Part shown: positions 47,805 to 57,667 of the stretch, in pieces
How positions within the stretch are numbered: position 1 is the stretch's first letter
Layout: each line of letters opens with the position of its first letter
Origin: Minisyncoccota bacterium
GTDB taxonomy: Bacteria; Patescibacteriota; Minisyncoccia; Phycocordibacterales; SW-6-46-9
DNA: 64,000 bases
Direction: 5' to 3'
NCBI GenBank assembly: GCA_040905385.1
Contig: JBBDRP010000002.1
Location: 149,337-213,336, forward strand
Made by a program: the position numbers and the translations under genes
Notes under the pieces: generated by a model
What the model was told of the DNA's origin: nothing
Database searches by the model: none
The model's input: the letters and a program-made list of their open reading frames with translations, nothing else

Positions 47805-50222
47805 ATGAACCCGTCAAAAAAGAACTCCAACGTACCTCCAAAACCCGGCGATATTAACTACTTTGCCGAGTCTGATTACCGCAACCGCAACACCAAGTTC
47901 GGTATCCGTCGCGAGGATCGTACCCGCCATATGTACGTGATCGGAAAGACCGGTATGGGAAAAACAACTCTGCTACAGAACATGGCGATTCAGGATATTC
48001 GCAATGGTAATGGTCTGGCCTTCATCGACCCCCACGGCGAGGTGGCTGACAGCCTGCTTGACTACGTCCCCAAGGATCGTGTTAAGGATGTAATGTACTT
48101 TGCGCCGTTTGATCTCGAGCACCCGATATCCTTTAACGTCATGGAGGATGTTGGCCCGGACAAACGACACCTCGTCGCCGACGGCCTACTTAGCGCCTTT
48201 AAAAAAATCTGGGTAGACATGTGGTCGGGACGAATGGAGTACCTCCTTAACAACGCGCTGTTGGCCCTGCTGGAGTATCCGGATGCCACCATTCTGGGGG
48301 TCAACCGTATGTTTGCCGATGAGGAGTATCGCAAGCGCGTGGTCGCCAATGTCTCTGACGTCTCGGTCAAGGCCTTCTGGGAGAATGAGTTTGCCGGCTA
48401 TGACCAGCAGTTCGCCGCCCAGGCTGCATCGGCCATCCAGAACAAGGTCGGGCAGTTTGTCTCTAACCCGCAGGTGCGCAACATCGTCGGGCAGGTCAAG
48501 TCCTCCTTTGATGTTCGTCAGCTGATGGATGAAAAGAAGATTATGCTTATTAACCTCTCAAAGGGGCAGGTTGGTGAGGACAATGCCCGGCTGATCGGTT
48601 CTATGCTGATTACCAAGATGTATCTGGCCGCCATGAGCCGTGCCGATACCGGCGGATCAGATGGTGGTCTGGCCAGTCTGCCACAGTTCTATTTTTATGT
48701 TGATGAGTTCCAATCATTTGCCAACGAGTCTTTTGCCGGCATTCTTTCCGAGGCTCGTAAATACAAGCTGAATCTCACCATCGCTCACCAGTACATCGAA
48801 CAGATGACCGAGGATGTACGCAATGCTGTCTTTGGTAACGTCGGAACCATGATTTCATTTCGGGTCGGTGCCTTTGACGCCGAGGTTCTAGAGAAGGAGT
48901 TCGCTCCTGAGTTTGAGGCCGAGGATCTCGTAAACCTTGGCTTTGCTCAGATTTATCTTAAGTTGATGGTCAACGGCGTATCCTCCAAGCCATTTTCAGC
49001 CCGGACGCTGCCGCCGATTGATTTCCGCGGCAAATCATACCGCGAGGAAGTACGCGAGTGGTCACGCCAGCACTTCGGCCGCCCACGCGACGAGGTCGAG
49101 GCCGAGGTTGATAAATGGCATGACTCCACTTACGGCATCATTGATGATGAGCTAGCCGAGCAGATGGCAAAGCAGCAGGCGGAAAAACGCAAGGCCGAGG
49201 GCAAGGAACCCTTCGAGGAACCGCCAGCACCTAAGGCTGAGCTTGTTAAAAAGTACGAGGTCGGACAGGTTATTGAAGGGCCGATTGCGGGCATTGCTGA
49301 TTTCGGTGTTTTTGTCACCATTGAAAATGGTCTCGAGGGGCTGGTGCATGTCTCTGAGATGGATGAGGGTCATGTCGATGATGTGCACGAATTTTTTGAA
49401 GAAGGCCAGGAGGTGTCCGCGAAGATTATTGATATTGATGCCGAGCGCGTCTCACTTTCCATAAAAGCCCTTAATGAAGCTGAGTTGAGTGATAGCGAAA
49501 CGAAGTCCCGCTCTAGCGGGGAGCAGAGCGACGACAGCGGGGAGGATGATGTTGATGCTGAGCCAAAAGATACGCCGGCGCCAGAACCACCAAAACCCGA
49601 GAAAGAGCCCGAAGTTGGGTCGAGCGATAGTGAATCAAAATCCCGCCCTAGTAGAGAGAGTACTACTGATGAAGGAGATGAAGAGAAGGACGAGAAAAAA
49701 GCCGCCGAGATCGATACTACCAAGGAGCCAAAGCTCATAAAGAAAAAAACCAGTGCAAAGAAAGATAATCCGAAAACTACTGACGACAATCCCGCTTTGC
49801 GTAAGGCTACACAGAACAAGGAAGAAAGTAAAGATCCAAAAGAAAATGATGTTGAGTTGAGCAATAGCGAAACGAAATCCCGCTCTAGCGGGGACAAGAG
49901 TCCATCCACCGCCAACAAGTCCAAACTCCAGCAGGCCTTGGCCAAGGTAAAGTCATCCCTGGGAAGTAGTGCATCAGAGGACAAGGAAAATGAGTCAGAA
50001 GATAAGGCTGAGCCGAACGAAAGCAAAACAAAATCCCGCATCAGCGAGGCTGACGATGGCTTGCCGGCAGACTTCTCTGAGGAGGAGCTGCGCCAGATGC
50101 TGTCAGTAGATCAAGATATTTCAGAAGCTGAGTCATCGGAAGATGACGAAGTCCCGTCTGAGGTTGATAAATCCCGCTCTAGCGGGGAGCAGAGCGACGA
50201 TAGCGACGATAGCGGGGACTAG
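47805..50222 (+). CDS. VirD4/TraD-like (type IV coupling protein family) P-loop ATPase without TM anchor, fused to an S1 RNA-binding domain and an acidic Ser-rich repeat tail
   Basis: Walker A VIGKTGMGKTT, DPHGE, Walker B FYFYVDEFQSF, RKYKLNLTIAHQYIEQM; S1-like block YEVGQVIEGPIAGIADFGVFVTIENGLEGLVHVSEM...; repeats (S/N)(D/E)SETKSRSSGEQSDDS occurring four or more times. Confidence 0.6.
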   Translation: MNPSKKNSNVPPKPGDINYFAESDYRNRNTKFGIRREDRTRHMYVIGKTGMGKTTLLQNMAIQDIRNGNGLAFIDPHGEVADSLLDYVPKDRVKDVMYFAPFDLEHPISFNVMEDVGPDKRHLVADGLLSAFKKIWVDMWSGRMEYLLNNALLALLEYPDATILGVNRMFADEEYRKRVVANVSDVSVKAFWENEFAGYDQQFAAQAASAIQNKVGQFVSNPQVRNIVGQVKSSFDVRQLMDEKKIMLINLSKGQVGEDNARLIGSMLITKMYLAAMSRADTGGSDGGLASLPQFYFYVDEFQSFANESFAGILSEARKYKLNLTIAHQYIEQMTEDVRNAVFGNVGTMISFRVGAFDAEVLEKEFAPEFEAEDLVNLGFAQIYLKLMVNGVSSKPFSARTLPPIDFRGKSYREEVREWSRQHFGRPRDEVEAEVDKWHDSTYGIIDDELAEQMAKQQAEKRKAEGKEPFEEPPAPKAELVKKYEVGQVIEGPIAGIADFGVFVTIENGLEGLVHVSEMDEGHVDDVHEFFEEGQEVSAKIIDIDAERVSLSIKALNEAELSDSETKSRSSGEQSDDSGEDDVDAEPKDTPAPEPPKPEKEPEVGSSDSESKSRPSRESTTDEGDEEKDEKKAAEIDTTKEPKLIKKKTSAKKDNPKTTDDNPALRKATQNKEESKDPKENDVELSNSETKSRSSGDKSPSTANKSKLQQALAKVKSSLGSSASEDKENESEDKAEPNESKTKSRISEADDGLPADFSEEELRQMLSVDQDISEAESSEDDEVPSEVDKSRSSGEQSDDSDDSGD

Positions 50223-50231
50223 TACTTGCAC

Positions 50232-50314
50232 GTCTGCAAGGATGTTATCCTTACAGAAGGTTGATGGCTTTACATATTACGTAGCTTGTTGCCAAGCTCG
50301 CAAGGTCTAACCTT
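50232..50314. repeat. Hairpin repeats GTCTGCAAGGAT-gtt-ATCCTTACAGA, agcttg-ttgc-caagct, AAGG-tctaa-CCTT downstream of 47805-50222
   Basis: Same family as the 21156, 24735 and 31645 repeats; preceded by TACTTGCACGTCTG, a 14-mer shared with the pilA promoter region at 20474-20487. Confidence 0.55.
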
Positions 50315-50353
50315 ACAGGCTGTGGTGAGGAAATCCGCGATATACTATAGATA

Positions 50354-51883
50354 ATGACCGGACAAATTGCTCGCTATGTAGCAATACTCTTTACGGCGGT
50401 GCTTCTGCTGCCGCCCGTTGCCTTTGGCCAGACGATCCAGATTACCGAGATAATGTACGACCTGGACGGCACCGATGCCGACCGCGAGTGGATAGAGGTA
50501 CACAACACCTCAGGCAGTAGTATTGACCTGAACGACTGGCACTTTAAGGAAAATGACGTCAACCACCTACTAAACCCGGCCGAGGATGGCGGCGACACGG
50601 TGCTGTCGGCTGATGCCTACGCGGTAATTGCTGATGACCCCGACGCCTTCTTTGCTGATCACGCAAATGTTTCGGCGTTGGTGCTGGATTCCTCCTTTGG
50701 GCTTTCTAACACGGGCGAGGAGTTGGCAATTACCGATGCGGATGAAGCGGTAATTAACGAGGTTACCTACGATCCAGACATCGGTGCCGGCGGTACCGGT
50801 AACTCGCTGCAGCTTACCGGTGGCAACTGGATCGCGGCTGACCCGACTCCGGGCGAGGCTAATGCTACCGAAGCCGCCGATGAAGACGATGACGACAGCA
50901 GCGGTTCCGAGGGCGATTACGACATTGATATTATGGATCCGCGTTCAGAGCCGAGCGATTCGGTCGATGATATAGAGATTGATGCCGGCGATGATATCCC
51001 GGCACTGGCTGGACTAGCTGTCGACATCCGTGGTGAGGTCGATGGCGTTAGCGACCATGTTATGGACACGCTGGACTTCCACTGGTCGCTCGGCAATGGC
51101 GATACGGCGACCACCCGGCAGACGCGCTATGTATACGAGTATCCTGGAACGTATGTCGCCACCTTTCGGGTTACTACCGATGAGGGCGAGGTCTACACAG
51201 ACGCCACCGTTGTCGAGGTGCTGGAGCCGGCGGTAACGATCTCTGCAGTAGGCACCGGAGACGACGCCTACATCCAGCTGGAAAATGACACCGGCCGGCC
51301 GGTGGATCTGGCCGGCTGGTCGCTATCCGACGGAGACGATGTCTTTACCTTTCCAGTGCATACGATTCATCTTGACGGCGAGCAGCTGACGATTACCGCG
51401 GATGTCTCTGGATTGTCCACCAGTGATATCGATCTGAGGTACCCTGATGGGCGACTGGCGCACTCCTATGTAGAAGAGGAGGGCGATGAGCAGACGGGCA
51501 TCACGCACACACCGACCACCCAGCGGACGTATGCACCACCTGCTAATACCACCGAATCCGAGCAGTCGGTAGATAAAGCAACTGGTGGTGAAAATGAATC
51601 CGGCCAGGTTCAGGGCTCCAGCACCACCACAACCGACACGAGCATCTCGCTGGATGACGCCTTTGCTACGGGCGATCAGGCCGCCGCTGCTATGATGGCC
51701 ACGCGCAACGGTGGCAACACAGATACGCTGTGGCAGTGGGCCGGGGTGCTTTTCTTGCTACTTCTCATCACGGTCGGCACCGCCATCCTCATGCGCCGCG
51801 TCTCCCGGCCGGCCGACAGCCCACTCGTCCAGGCCAGCAAGTTCAACATCAACCAGATCGGCGAGGATACAGATAAAACATAG
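50354..51883 (+). CDS. Surface protein with two lamin-tail (LTD) domains and a C-terminal membrane anchor
   Basis: Signal peptide; LTD signature ITEIMYDLDGTDADREWIEVHNTSGSSIDLNDWHF; second LTD-like module (AYIQLENDTGRPVDLAGWSL); C-terminal TM (WAGVLFLLLLITVGTAILM). Confidence 0.55.
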   Translation: MTGQIARYVAILFTAVLLLPPVAFGQTIQITEIMYDLDGTDADREWIEVHNTSGSSIDLNDWHFKENDVNHLLNPAEDGGDTVLSADAYAVIADDPDAFFADHANVSALVLDSSFGLSNTGEELAITDADEAVINEVTYDPDIGAGGTGNSLQLTGGNWIAADPTPGEANATEAADEDDDDSSGSEGDYDIDIMDPRSEPSDSVDDIEIDAGDDIPALAGLAVDIRGEVDGVSDHVMDTLDFHWSLGNGDTATTRQTRYVYEYPGTYVATFRVTTDEGEVYTDATVVEVLEPAVTISAVGTGDDAYIQLENDTGRPVDLAGWSLSDGDDVFTFPVHTIHLDGEQLTITADVSGLSTSDIDLRYPDGRLAHSYVEEEGDEQTGITHTPTTQRTYAPPANTTESEQSVDKATGGENESGQVQGSSTTTTDTSISLDDAFATGDQAAAAMMATRNGGNTDTLWQWAGVLFLLLLITVGTAILMRRVSRPADSPLVQASKFNINQIGEDTDKT

Positions 51884-52064
51884 GTCTAACCTCCGTATGT
51901 AGAAGTTTATTTGGTAATATGCTAAATATGTCTAATAACATAGAAAAAAATGATTCTGACGATGGGAAGTGGAAGACTGTGATAGATTTCACTGAAATTA
52001 ATGAAAACGGTATTTGTGGGCAAGAAATCCTCGAAGTTATAAAAAAGCTTGAGAAATAGCAACT

Positions 52065-52130
52065 TTTAAACGTCCGACGTTTAAAACTACCGAGATGTTA
52101 GAGGTCCGACCTCTAACATGTTAAGTTTCG
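52065..52130. repeat. Tandem perfect hairpins with short CCG-containing loops (cttttaaacg-tccga-cgtttaaaag; atgttagaggt-ccg-acctctaacat)
   Basis: Seen directly in the intergenic region upstream of the GT4 gene. Confidence 0.5.
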
Positions 52131-52224
52131 GAAGTCTAACAGTTTACTGGCTTCAGATGTCAACATACATCGGATGTATGTAAATAGGCGATTGTGGGCT
52201 CTGTTTGCGTTATAATACTGGTAT

Positions 52225-53469
52225 ATGAATCAAGAGGACTCAATCGCGCAGTCGTCAGCTGTCTCTAACGGAATGAATACTGATGATGGTGACTCACAGC
52301 TGCCGGTGAAAACTGGCGGGTTAAAAATACTCCTGGTCGTCACAAAGGCCGATATGGGTGGGGCCCAGAAGCGGATTATTGATATGGCTACACGCTACCG
52401 GGACGCCGGCCATCAGGTGACGGTCGCCAGTGGTCCGGGCTCGTACCTGCCGCGCAAGCTGGCCGCACGTGATATCAAGCATCACTTTCTGGCGTACCTC
52501 TCGCGGGCGAATCCGCTGAAGATTCTTGCCTACATCGTCGAGCTCTGGAATTACCTACGCCGGCAGGATGAGCCGTTTGATGTCGTTCATCTCAACAGCT
52601 CCTCGGCACTGGCCGGGGCACTGGCTGCACGCGCTCCGCAGGCCGGCTCACCAAAGACGGTTTTTACCTTTCGGGGGCTGTCGGTTTTGGCGCCAGGGTA
52701 CAAGACGAACAGCCTCAAGAAACGCTTTTATGAGTACAGCTTCAAGGCCTTTCTGCCGTTTGTGGATGTCGGTGTCTTTCAGTGCGCAGCCAACCAAAAG
52801 GTCGCGCGCGATCTGGGTATCCAGACAACGACCGAGGTCGTCATCAGCGACGGTATCGATCCAGATGCGGTCGACTTCCTCGACCCGGCTACAGCTCGTG
52901 AAAAGCTGGCGTCGATGGTAGATGGCGACATCGCCGACAAGTTGTTGGTTGGGTCCATTGGTCGACTGGCGTACGCGAAAAACTACGCCTTTCTGATTCG
53001 CCAGCTCAGGAAGCTAAAGAAACACCGCCAGGATGTTGCGGCCATCATTATCGGTGACGGGCCCGAGTACGATCATCTGGCCGGCTGTATCCACCGGCTG
53101 GGCCTTACCGACTCGGTCTTCCTGGTTGGTGCGGAGGAAGACGCCGCCCAGTACCTGGCTGGCTTTGATGTGTTTGTGCTACCCAGCCATTACGAGGGGC
53201 TGTCCATGACGCTGACCGAGGCGATGCATGCCGGCGTCCCGCTCCTCGTATCTGATGTCGGCTGCAGCGGCGGGGTAGTGGGTGATGAGCGCATGGTCTT
53301 CCAGCCAGGCGATGCAGTCGAGTTTCTCGACAAGCTCGAGGGCTTGCTGGATGCAGATGACCGCGACGAGCTTTCGAAGGCTGTCCACCGCCGAGCGCAG
53401 GAGTTGGTACTGGATCGAAGTATCAGTAAATATCTAGATTTATATGAAGACATCACGTCCAGCTCATAA
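52225..53469 (+). CDS. Glycosyltransferase family 4 (GT-B, retaining)
   Basis: C-terminal E-x7-E region FVLPSHYEGLSMTLTEAMHAGVPLLVSDVG. Confidence 0.8.
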   Translation: MNQEDSIAQSSAVSNGMNTDDGDSQLPVKTGGLKILLVVTKADMGGAQKRIIDMATRYRDAGHQVTVASGPGSYLPRKLAARDIKHHFLAYLSRANPLKILAYIVELWNYLRRQDEPFDVVHLNSSSALAGALAARAPQAGSPKTVFTFRGLSVLAPGYKTNSLKKRFYEYSFKAFLPFVDVGVFQCAANQKVARDLGIQTTTEVVISDGIDPDAVDFLDPATAREKLASMVDGDIADKLLVGSIGRLAYAKNYAFLIRQLRKLKKHRQDVAAIIIGDGPEYDHLAGCIHRLGLTDSVFLVGAEEDAAQYLAGFDVFVLPSHYEGLSMTLTEAMHAGVPLLVSDVGCSGGVVGDERMVFQPGDAVEFLDKLEGLLDADDRDELSKAVHRRAQELVLDRSISKYLDLYEDITSSS

Positions 53470-53497
53470 AATGCTACGCTGTACGTAGTAACCAGCT

Positions 53498-53875
53498 ATG
53501 ATTGACCTGATTACAATTCTGATTCTGACCGGTCTGGTCGTATTTCTGTATCTACAGAACCGGAATCTAAAGATCGAGATTGAGCGTGGTCGGAAGGAGG
53601 CAGCAGCCGAGGTCGAGTGTGCCGTCGCCGCCAGCGGGCTGGATGATTACAACGCTCGCTTGCAGCAGATGAAGGAGGAGCGTAAAGACGAGATTCTGGA
53701 TTTTCTGGAAGCGGCCGGCAGCCTCAGTAGCGGCGACATCGCCGACCGGTTAGAGGTATCCAACCGAACTGCGCTTAGATATCTGAATGAACTTGAAGAG
53801 GAGGGTCGCGTACGGCAAAAAGGTTCCTTAGGGCGCTTTGTGCGGTATAAAATCAATCCGACAGACACTGATTGA
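53498..53875 (+). CDS. Membrane-anchored winged-HTH protein (putative transcriptional regulator)
   Basis: N-terminal TM (LITILILTGLVVFLYL); C-terminal DIADRLEVSNRTALRYLNELEEEGRV wHTH. Confidence 0.45.
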   Translation: MIDLITILILTGLVVFLYLQNRNLKIEIERGRKEAAAEVECAVAASGLDDYNARLQQMKEERKDEILDFLEAAGSLSSGDIADRLEVSNRTALRYLNELEEEGRVRQKGSLGRFVRYKINPTDTD

Positions 53876-53932
53876 CGTATTGAAAATGGCCTAAAATAAA
53901 GCCTTTTTAGGTTATTAAGTAAAAAATATAAC

Positions 53933-54616
53933 ATGAAGTTAATTAAAAAAATTCTCCAATTTATTAAAGCTCCTTTTTATTTTTTAAAGATAAATTTGTA
54001 TAAATTTAAATCCGTTGAAGACTTAGTTGATTTTACACAAAATCGTTCGGGTGGATTTATAAGACAAATGCAAATTTCTAGTGAAATAACTTCTTTACTA
54101 AATAGATTGGAAAATGAAGATATAAAAAATATTTTAGAAATAGGAACTGCGCGCGGCGGTACGTTGTTTTCGTTTTCCAAAGTTTCTTCCGGTGAATCAA
54201 AATTAATAAGTATAGATTTACCAAAAGGTGATTTTGGAGACGGTTACTCTTTTCTTAAGATTCCTTTATTTAAATCTTTTGCTTCTAAAGATAAGAAAAT
54301 TTATTTAATCAGAAAAGATTCTCATAAGGGAATTACTCTTGATGAAGTGAAGGAAATACTATCTGACCAGAAGCTCGATTTTCTTTTTATAGATGGTGAT
54401 CATACCTATGATGGTGTTAAAAAAGATTTTGAGATGTATTCTTCACTCGTAAAAGAAGGTGGTCTCATAGCTTTTCATGATATTGTTGATGGTCCAAAAG
54501 AGAATGTAGGTGGAGTTCCTAGATTTTGGCAAGAGGTGAAAAATGAACATAAATATGAAGAGTTTATAGAAGATCCACTACAAGGAGGTTATGGTATTGG
54601 TTTAATTAAAATATAA
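53933..54616 (+). CDS. Class I SAM-dependent methyltransferase (CmcI/TylF-like, Methyltransf_24 type)
   Basis: SAM motif I NILEIGTARGGT; DGDHTY motif (FLFIDGDHTYDGVKKDFEMY). Confidence 0.65.
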   Translation: MKLIKKILQFIKAPFYFLKINLYKFKSVEDLVDFTQNRSGGFIRQMQISSEITSLLNRLENEDIKNILEIGTARGGTLFSFSKVSSGESKLISIDLPKGDFGDGYSFLKIPLFKSFASKDKKIYLIRKDSHKGITLDEVKEILSDQKLDFLFIDGDHTYDGVKKDFEMYSSLVKEGGLIAFHDIVDGPKENVGGVPRFWQEVKNEHKYEEFIEDPLQGGYGIGLIKI

Positions 54617-54623
54617 TTTTATT

Positions 54624-55535
54624 ATGAGTTCAAAAGTATCAGTAATAATACCTGCTTATAATAGTGCGAGATTTATAGAAGCAACCATAAATAGTGTTTT
54701 ATCACAATCTTACGATAATATCGAAATTATTGTAGTGGATGATGGATCTACAGATAGAACTCGATATGTTGTAGAAGGAATTCAAAAAAAAGATAAGCGT
54801 GTAAAATATTTTTTCCAGCAAAATTCAGGAGGTCCCGCTAGTCCGAAAAATACAGGATTTAAACAATCTACAGGTGAGTATATTGCTTATTTAGATCATG
54901 ATGACGAGTGGTTGCCCAATAAATTAGAGAAACAATTGGCTTTATTTAATGATACACAGTCAAATCTGGGTTTAATAAGCTGCAGTGCTTATATTTATGA
55001 AGGCAAAAAAATGACAAGGATTCATCGGTTATCAAAAAAGGATAATTCGCTTCAAGGACTATTAGTAGATTCATTAAGTTATTTTTTTAGTAATAGTAGC
55101 ATGTTAATTCCAAGACATGTTGTGGAAGATGTGGGTGACAGGGATGAAAATTTAAGCGTGTTAGAGGATTTAGATATTGTCTTAAGAATTTTAGAGGAAG
55201 GTTACAAAATCGATTTTATTTCTGAACCTTTAATTAAATATAATTTAGGTGATTCTAATTTATCAAAAGATTTTAATCGAGTGGCTCAAGATTACAAGAT
55301 ATTTATGGGTAAATACAGGAATCTATTCAAAAAATATCCTAAGGCTTACAGTGTTAGGTTAGAAAGTTTAGCAACAGCACAGGTATTGAGTGGCAATCTT
55401 AAAAAAGCTAAGAAAAATTTAATCAAATCAATCAAGAATAATGCTAGAATAAAGAATGTTGCTAAGCTTATCCTGGCCTTACTGAGTCAAAATTTTTTTT
55501 GTTTTTTATTCGATGCAAGAAAGAGGCTTCGGTAA
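54624..55535 (+). CDS. Glycosyltransferase family 2
   Basis: VSVIIPAYNSARFIEATINSVLSQSYDNIEIIVVDDGSTD (DxD context); GT-A fold. Confidence 0.85.
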   Translation: MSSKVSVIIPAYNSARFIEATINSVLSQSYDNIEIIVVDDGSTDRTRYVVEGIQKKDKRVKYFFQQNSGGPASPKNTGFKQSTGEYIAYLDHDDEWLPNKLEKQLALFNDTQSNLGLISCSAYIYEGKKMTRIHRLSKKDNSLQGLLVDSLSYFFSNSSMLIPRHVVEDVGDRDENLSVLEDLDIVLRILEEGYKIDFISEPLIKYNLGDSNLSKDFNRVAQDYKIFMGKYRNLFKKYPKAYSVRLESLATAQVLSGNLKKAKKNLIKSIKNNARIKNVAKLILALLSQNFFCFLFDARKRLR

Positions 55536-55547
55536 ATTTTAGACATA

Positions 55548-56999
55548 ATGAGAACTCAACTGCAAACAACAAGAGTTTTATTTGATACCTTCAACAAAAA
55601 GAAGTTGACTTACTGCAGTTGGAAAAGCAATGAACATTTAGAGCACGGGTTGAATGGTGAGTCTGATTTAGACATTTTGGTATCCGAGAGAGACAAAGAG
55701 TTGTGTAAGGAAATTTTGTATAGGAATAATTTTAAGCAACTTGTTTCTCCTTCTTGGATGCATTACCCTCTCGTAGAAGACTGGATTGGCCTGGATCAGG
55801 AAACAGGAAAGCTGATTCATGTTCACCTGCATTACGAACTTCCAACAGGAAAAAAATTAGTAAAGGAACAATTATTACCTTGGACTGATAAAATTTTAAA
55901 AACTCGGATTTTTGATGATAATTTTGGTGTATATGTTATTAACCCTAATTTTGAGTTAATTACTTTAGTTTTGCGAATAGGAATAAAGGCAAGATTTACT
56001 AAAGTACGTAGTAAATTTCCAGAAAATATAATAAAAGAGATTAATTATCTTAGAGAAAGATCTAAGAGAAAGAAAGTTCTCTCCTTATGTAGAGAGTTAT
56101 TTGGAGACAAGGAAGGTGAGAAACTGGCAAATATAATTTTAAATATTAAAACAAGGATCTCTCTATCTGATTTTTTATATCTTAAAAAAAATATCCAGAA
56201 GAATATTGCTCAATATAAAAGATTTAATTTTCTCAAGACTAATCTTCTCTACTACTATAGAGCTCTTAAGATAAGATTTTTCAAGTTGATTAATAAGACA
56301 TTTTTTCAACACAAAACAAAAAAAAGATTATATTCATCAGGAATAATGATAGCGTTTGTTGGTATTGATGGTTCTGGAAAATCAACTGCTACAGACAGAC
56401 TGTATAACTGGCTATCTGTTTACTTAAACGTCAGAAAGATTTATTTTGGCTGGAATAATAGTTTTGTTTCTGGACTAAAAAAAATTAAAAAAAATGTATT
56501 TAAAGGTAGTGGAAAACAAAAAACATCAAATACAGAATCAACATTTAGACAGGGGTTTTTATTCTACTGCTTCGCAATTTTTCTGGCTCTAAGTAAATAC
56601 AGAAAACTTAAAAATGCCTACAGATTACGTAACAGCGGAAATGTAATTTTAGCAGATAGATATCCAACGAACAGAACTTCATTTGGTTCAAGTGATGGAC
56701 CGATGATTGATGAAAAATATGTTACTAATTTTTTGACGCGTACCTTTTTTACATTGGAAAATAAGATCTATAGATCCATCAGAGAAAAATACGATCCTGA
56801 TGTTGTGATAAGGCTTAATATTTCACCAAGTGAAGCAATTAAGAGAAAGCCAAATCATAATATTAGTGACTTAAACAAAAAACATAAAATTTTAAATTGT
56901 GCAGATTTCGGGAATTCTAAAGTGGTTAATGTGGATTCAACAAAGGATTTAGAAACATTACTTCTAAAAATAAAAAATATATTATGGAAAATGATATAA
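55548..56999 (+). CDS. Two-domain protein: N-terminal nucleotidyltransferase-like domain (GESDLDILVSERDKE) and C-terminal P-loop kinase-like domain (VGIDGSGKST)
   Basis: The DLDILV..D motif resembles minimal NTase/LicD-type folds; the Walker A resembles thymidylate-kinase-type nucleotide/small-molecule kinases. Confidence 0.5.
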   Translation: MRTQLQTTRVLFDTFNKKKLTYCSWKSNEHLEHGLNGESDLDILVSERDKELCKEILYRNNFKQLVSPSWMHYPLVEDWIGLDQETGKLIHVHLHYELPTGKKLVKEQLLPWTDKILKTRIFDDNFGVYVINPNFELITLVLRIGIKARFTKVRSKFPENIIKEINYLRERSKRKKVLSLCRELFGDKEGEKLANIILNIKTRISLSDFLYLKKNIQKNIAQYKRFNFLKTNLLYYYRALKIRFFKLINKTFFQHKTKKRLYSSGIMIAFVGIDGSGKSTATDRLYNWLSVYLNVRKIYFGWNNSFVSGLKKIKKNVFKGSGKQKTSNTESTFRQGFLFYCFAIFLALSKYRKLKNAYRLRNSGNVILADRYPTNRTSFGSSDGPMIDEKYVTNFLTRTFFTLENKIYRSIREKYDPDVVIRLNISPSEAIKRKPNHNISDLNKKHKILNCADFGNSKVVNVDSTKDLETLLLKIKNILWKMI

Positions 57000-57667
57000 A
57001 AGATATCTTTCTAGTGGAGTTCATTGGATTACCTGGTGCAGGAAAAACAACTACTGCAGCAAAAGTTTATACAAAACTTTTGGATTCTGGATATCGGTGT
57101 TCTGTAAGAGAATCTATGTCACCAGGTAACGAGTCAAGTATTATTGATCGATTTATATACGGCATATATTTTGTATGCTCCCACCCCTTAAAAGTTACAA
57201 AGATATTTTTATTAAGTTTGTATTTAAAAAAACCGAGTAAGTTTTTTCTCTTGTTGAAGGTATTTATTTCTCAGTTTAGAAATATTAATAATAAAAATAT
57301 CCATTATGCAATATATGATCAAGGTATTTTCAACATGCTTCTCTATATCGGAGGTGAAAATACGAACTGGAAGAAAATAATAAAAATTTACACAAAATTA
57401 CTGCCTGTAAATTTGTGTTTTATAGTCTTAGAGATAAGTATCGAAAAAGCTATTAAGAGGGCAAAGAATAGAAAGTTAAAAAGACATTTTACAAAGCAAG
57501 AATCAGACAAAAGAATTAGAAAGATATACTCAAAGTACAATGAAAATATTAGATTTCTTTTGAGTGATTTGAAAAATACTCCATATTTAAATTTAAATAT
57601 GAAATCAGAATTGGACTATAATGTAGATAAAACCACACAATTTTTAAGTAAGCTTAGAAAGACATGA
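56984..57667 (+). CDS. P-loop kinase-like protein (paralog of 62003-62698)
   Basis: FLVEFIGLPGAGKTTTAAKVYTKLLDSGYRC Walker A; 227 aa; overlaps the upstream gene by 16 nt. Confidence 0.5.
   Translation: MENDIKDIFLVEFIGLPGAGKTTTAAKVYTKLLDSGYRCSVRESMSPGNESSIIDRFIYGIYFVCSHPLKVTKIFLLSLYLKKPSKFFLLLKVFISQFRNINNKNIHYAIYDQGIFNMLLYIGGENTNWKKIIKIYTKLLPVNLCFIVLEISIEKAIKRAKNRKLKRHFTKQESDKRIRKIYSKYNENIRFLLSDLKNTPYLNLNMKSELDYNVDKTTQFLSKLRKT

Noticed and set aside
49370-50041. 223-aa minus-strand ORF antisense to the 3' repeat region of 47805-50222
   Set aside because: It mirrors the Ser/Asp-rich repeat tract of the sense gene and has no independent signals.
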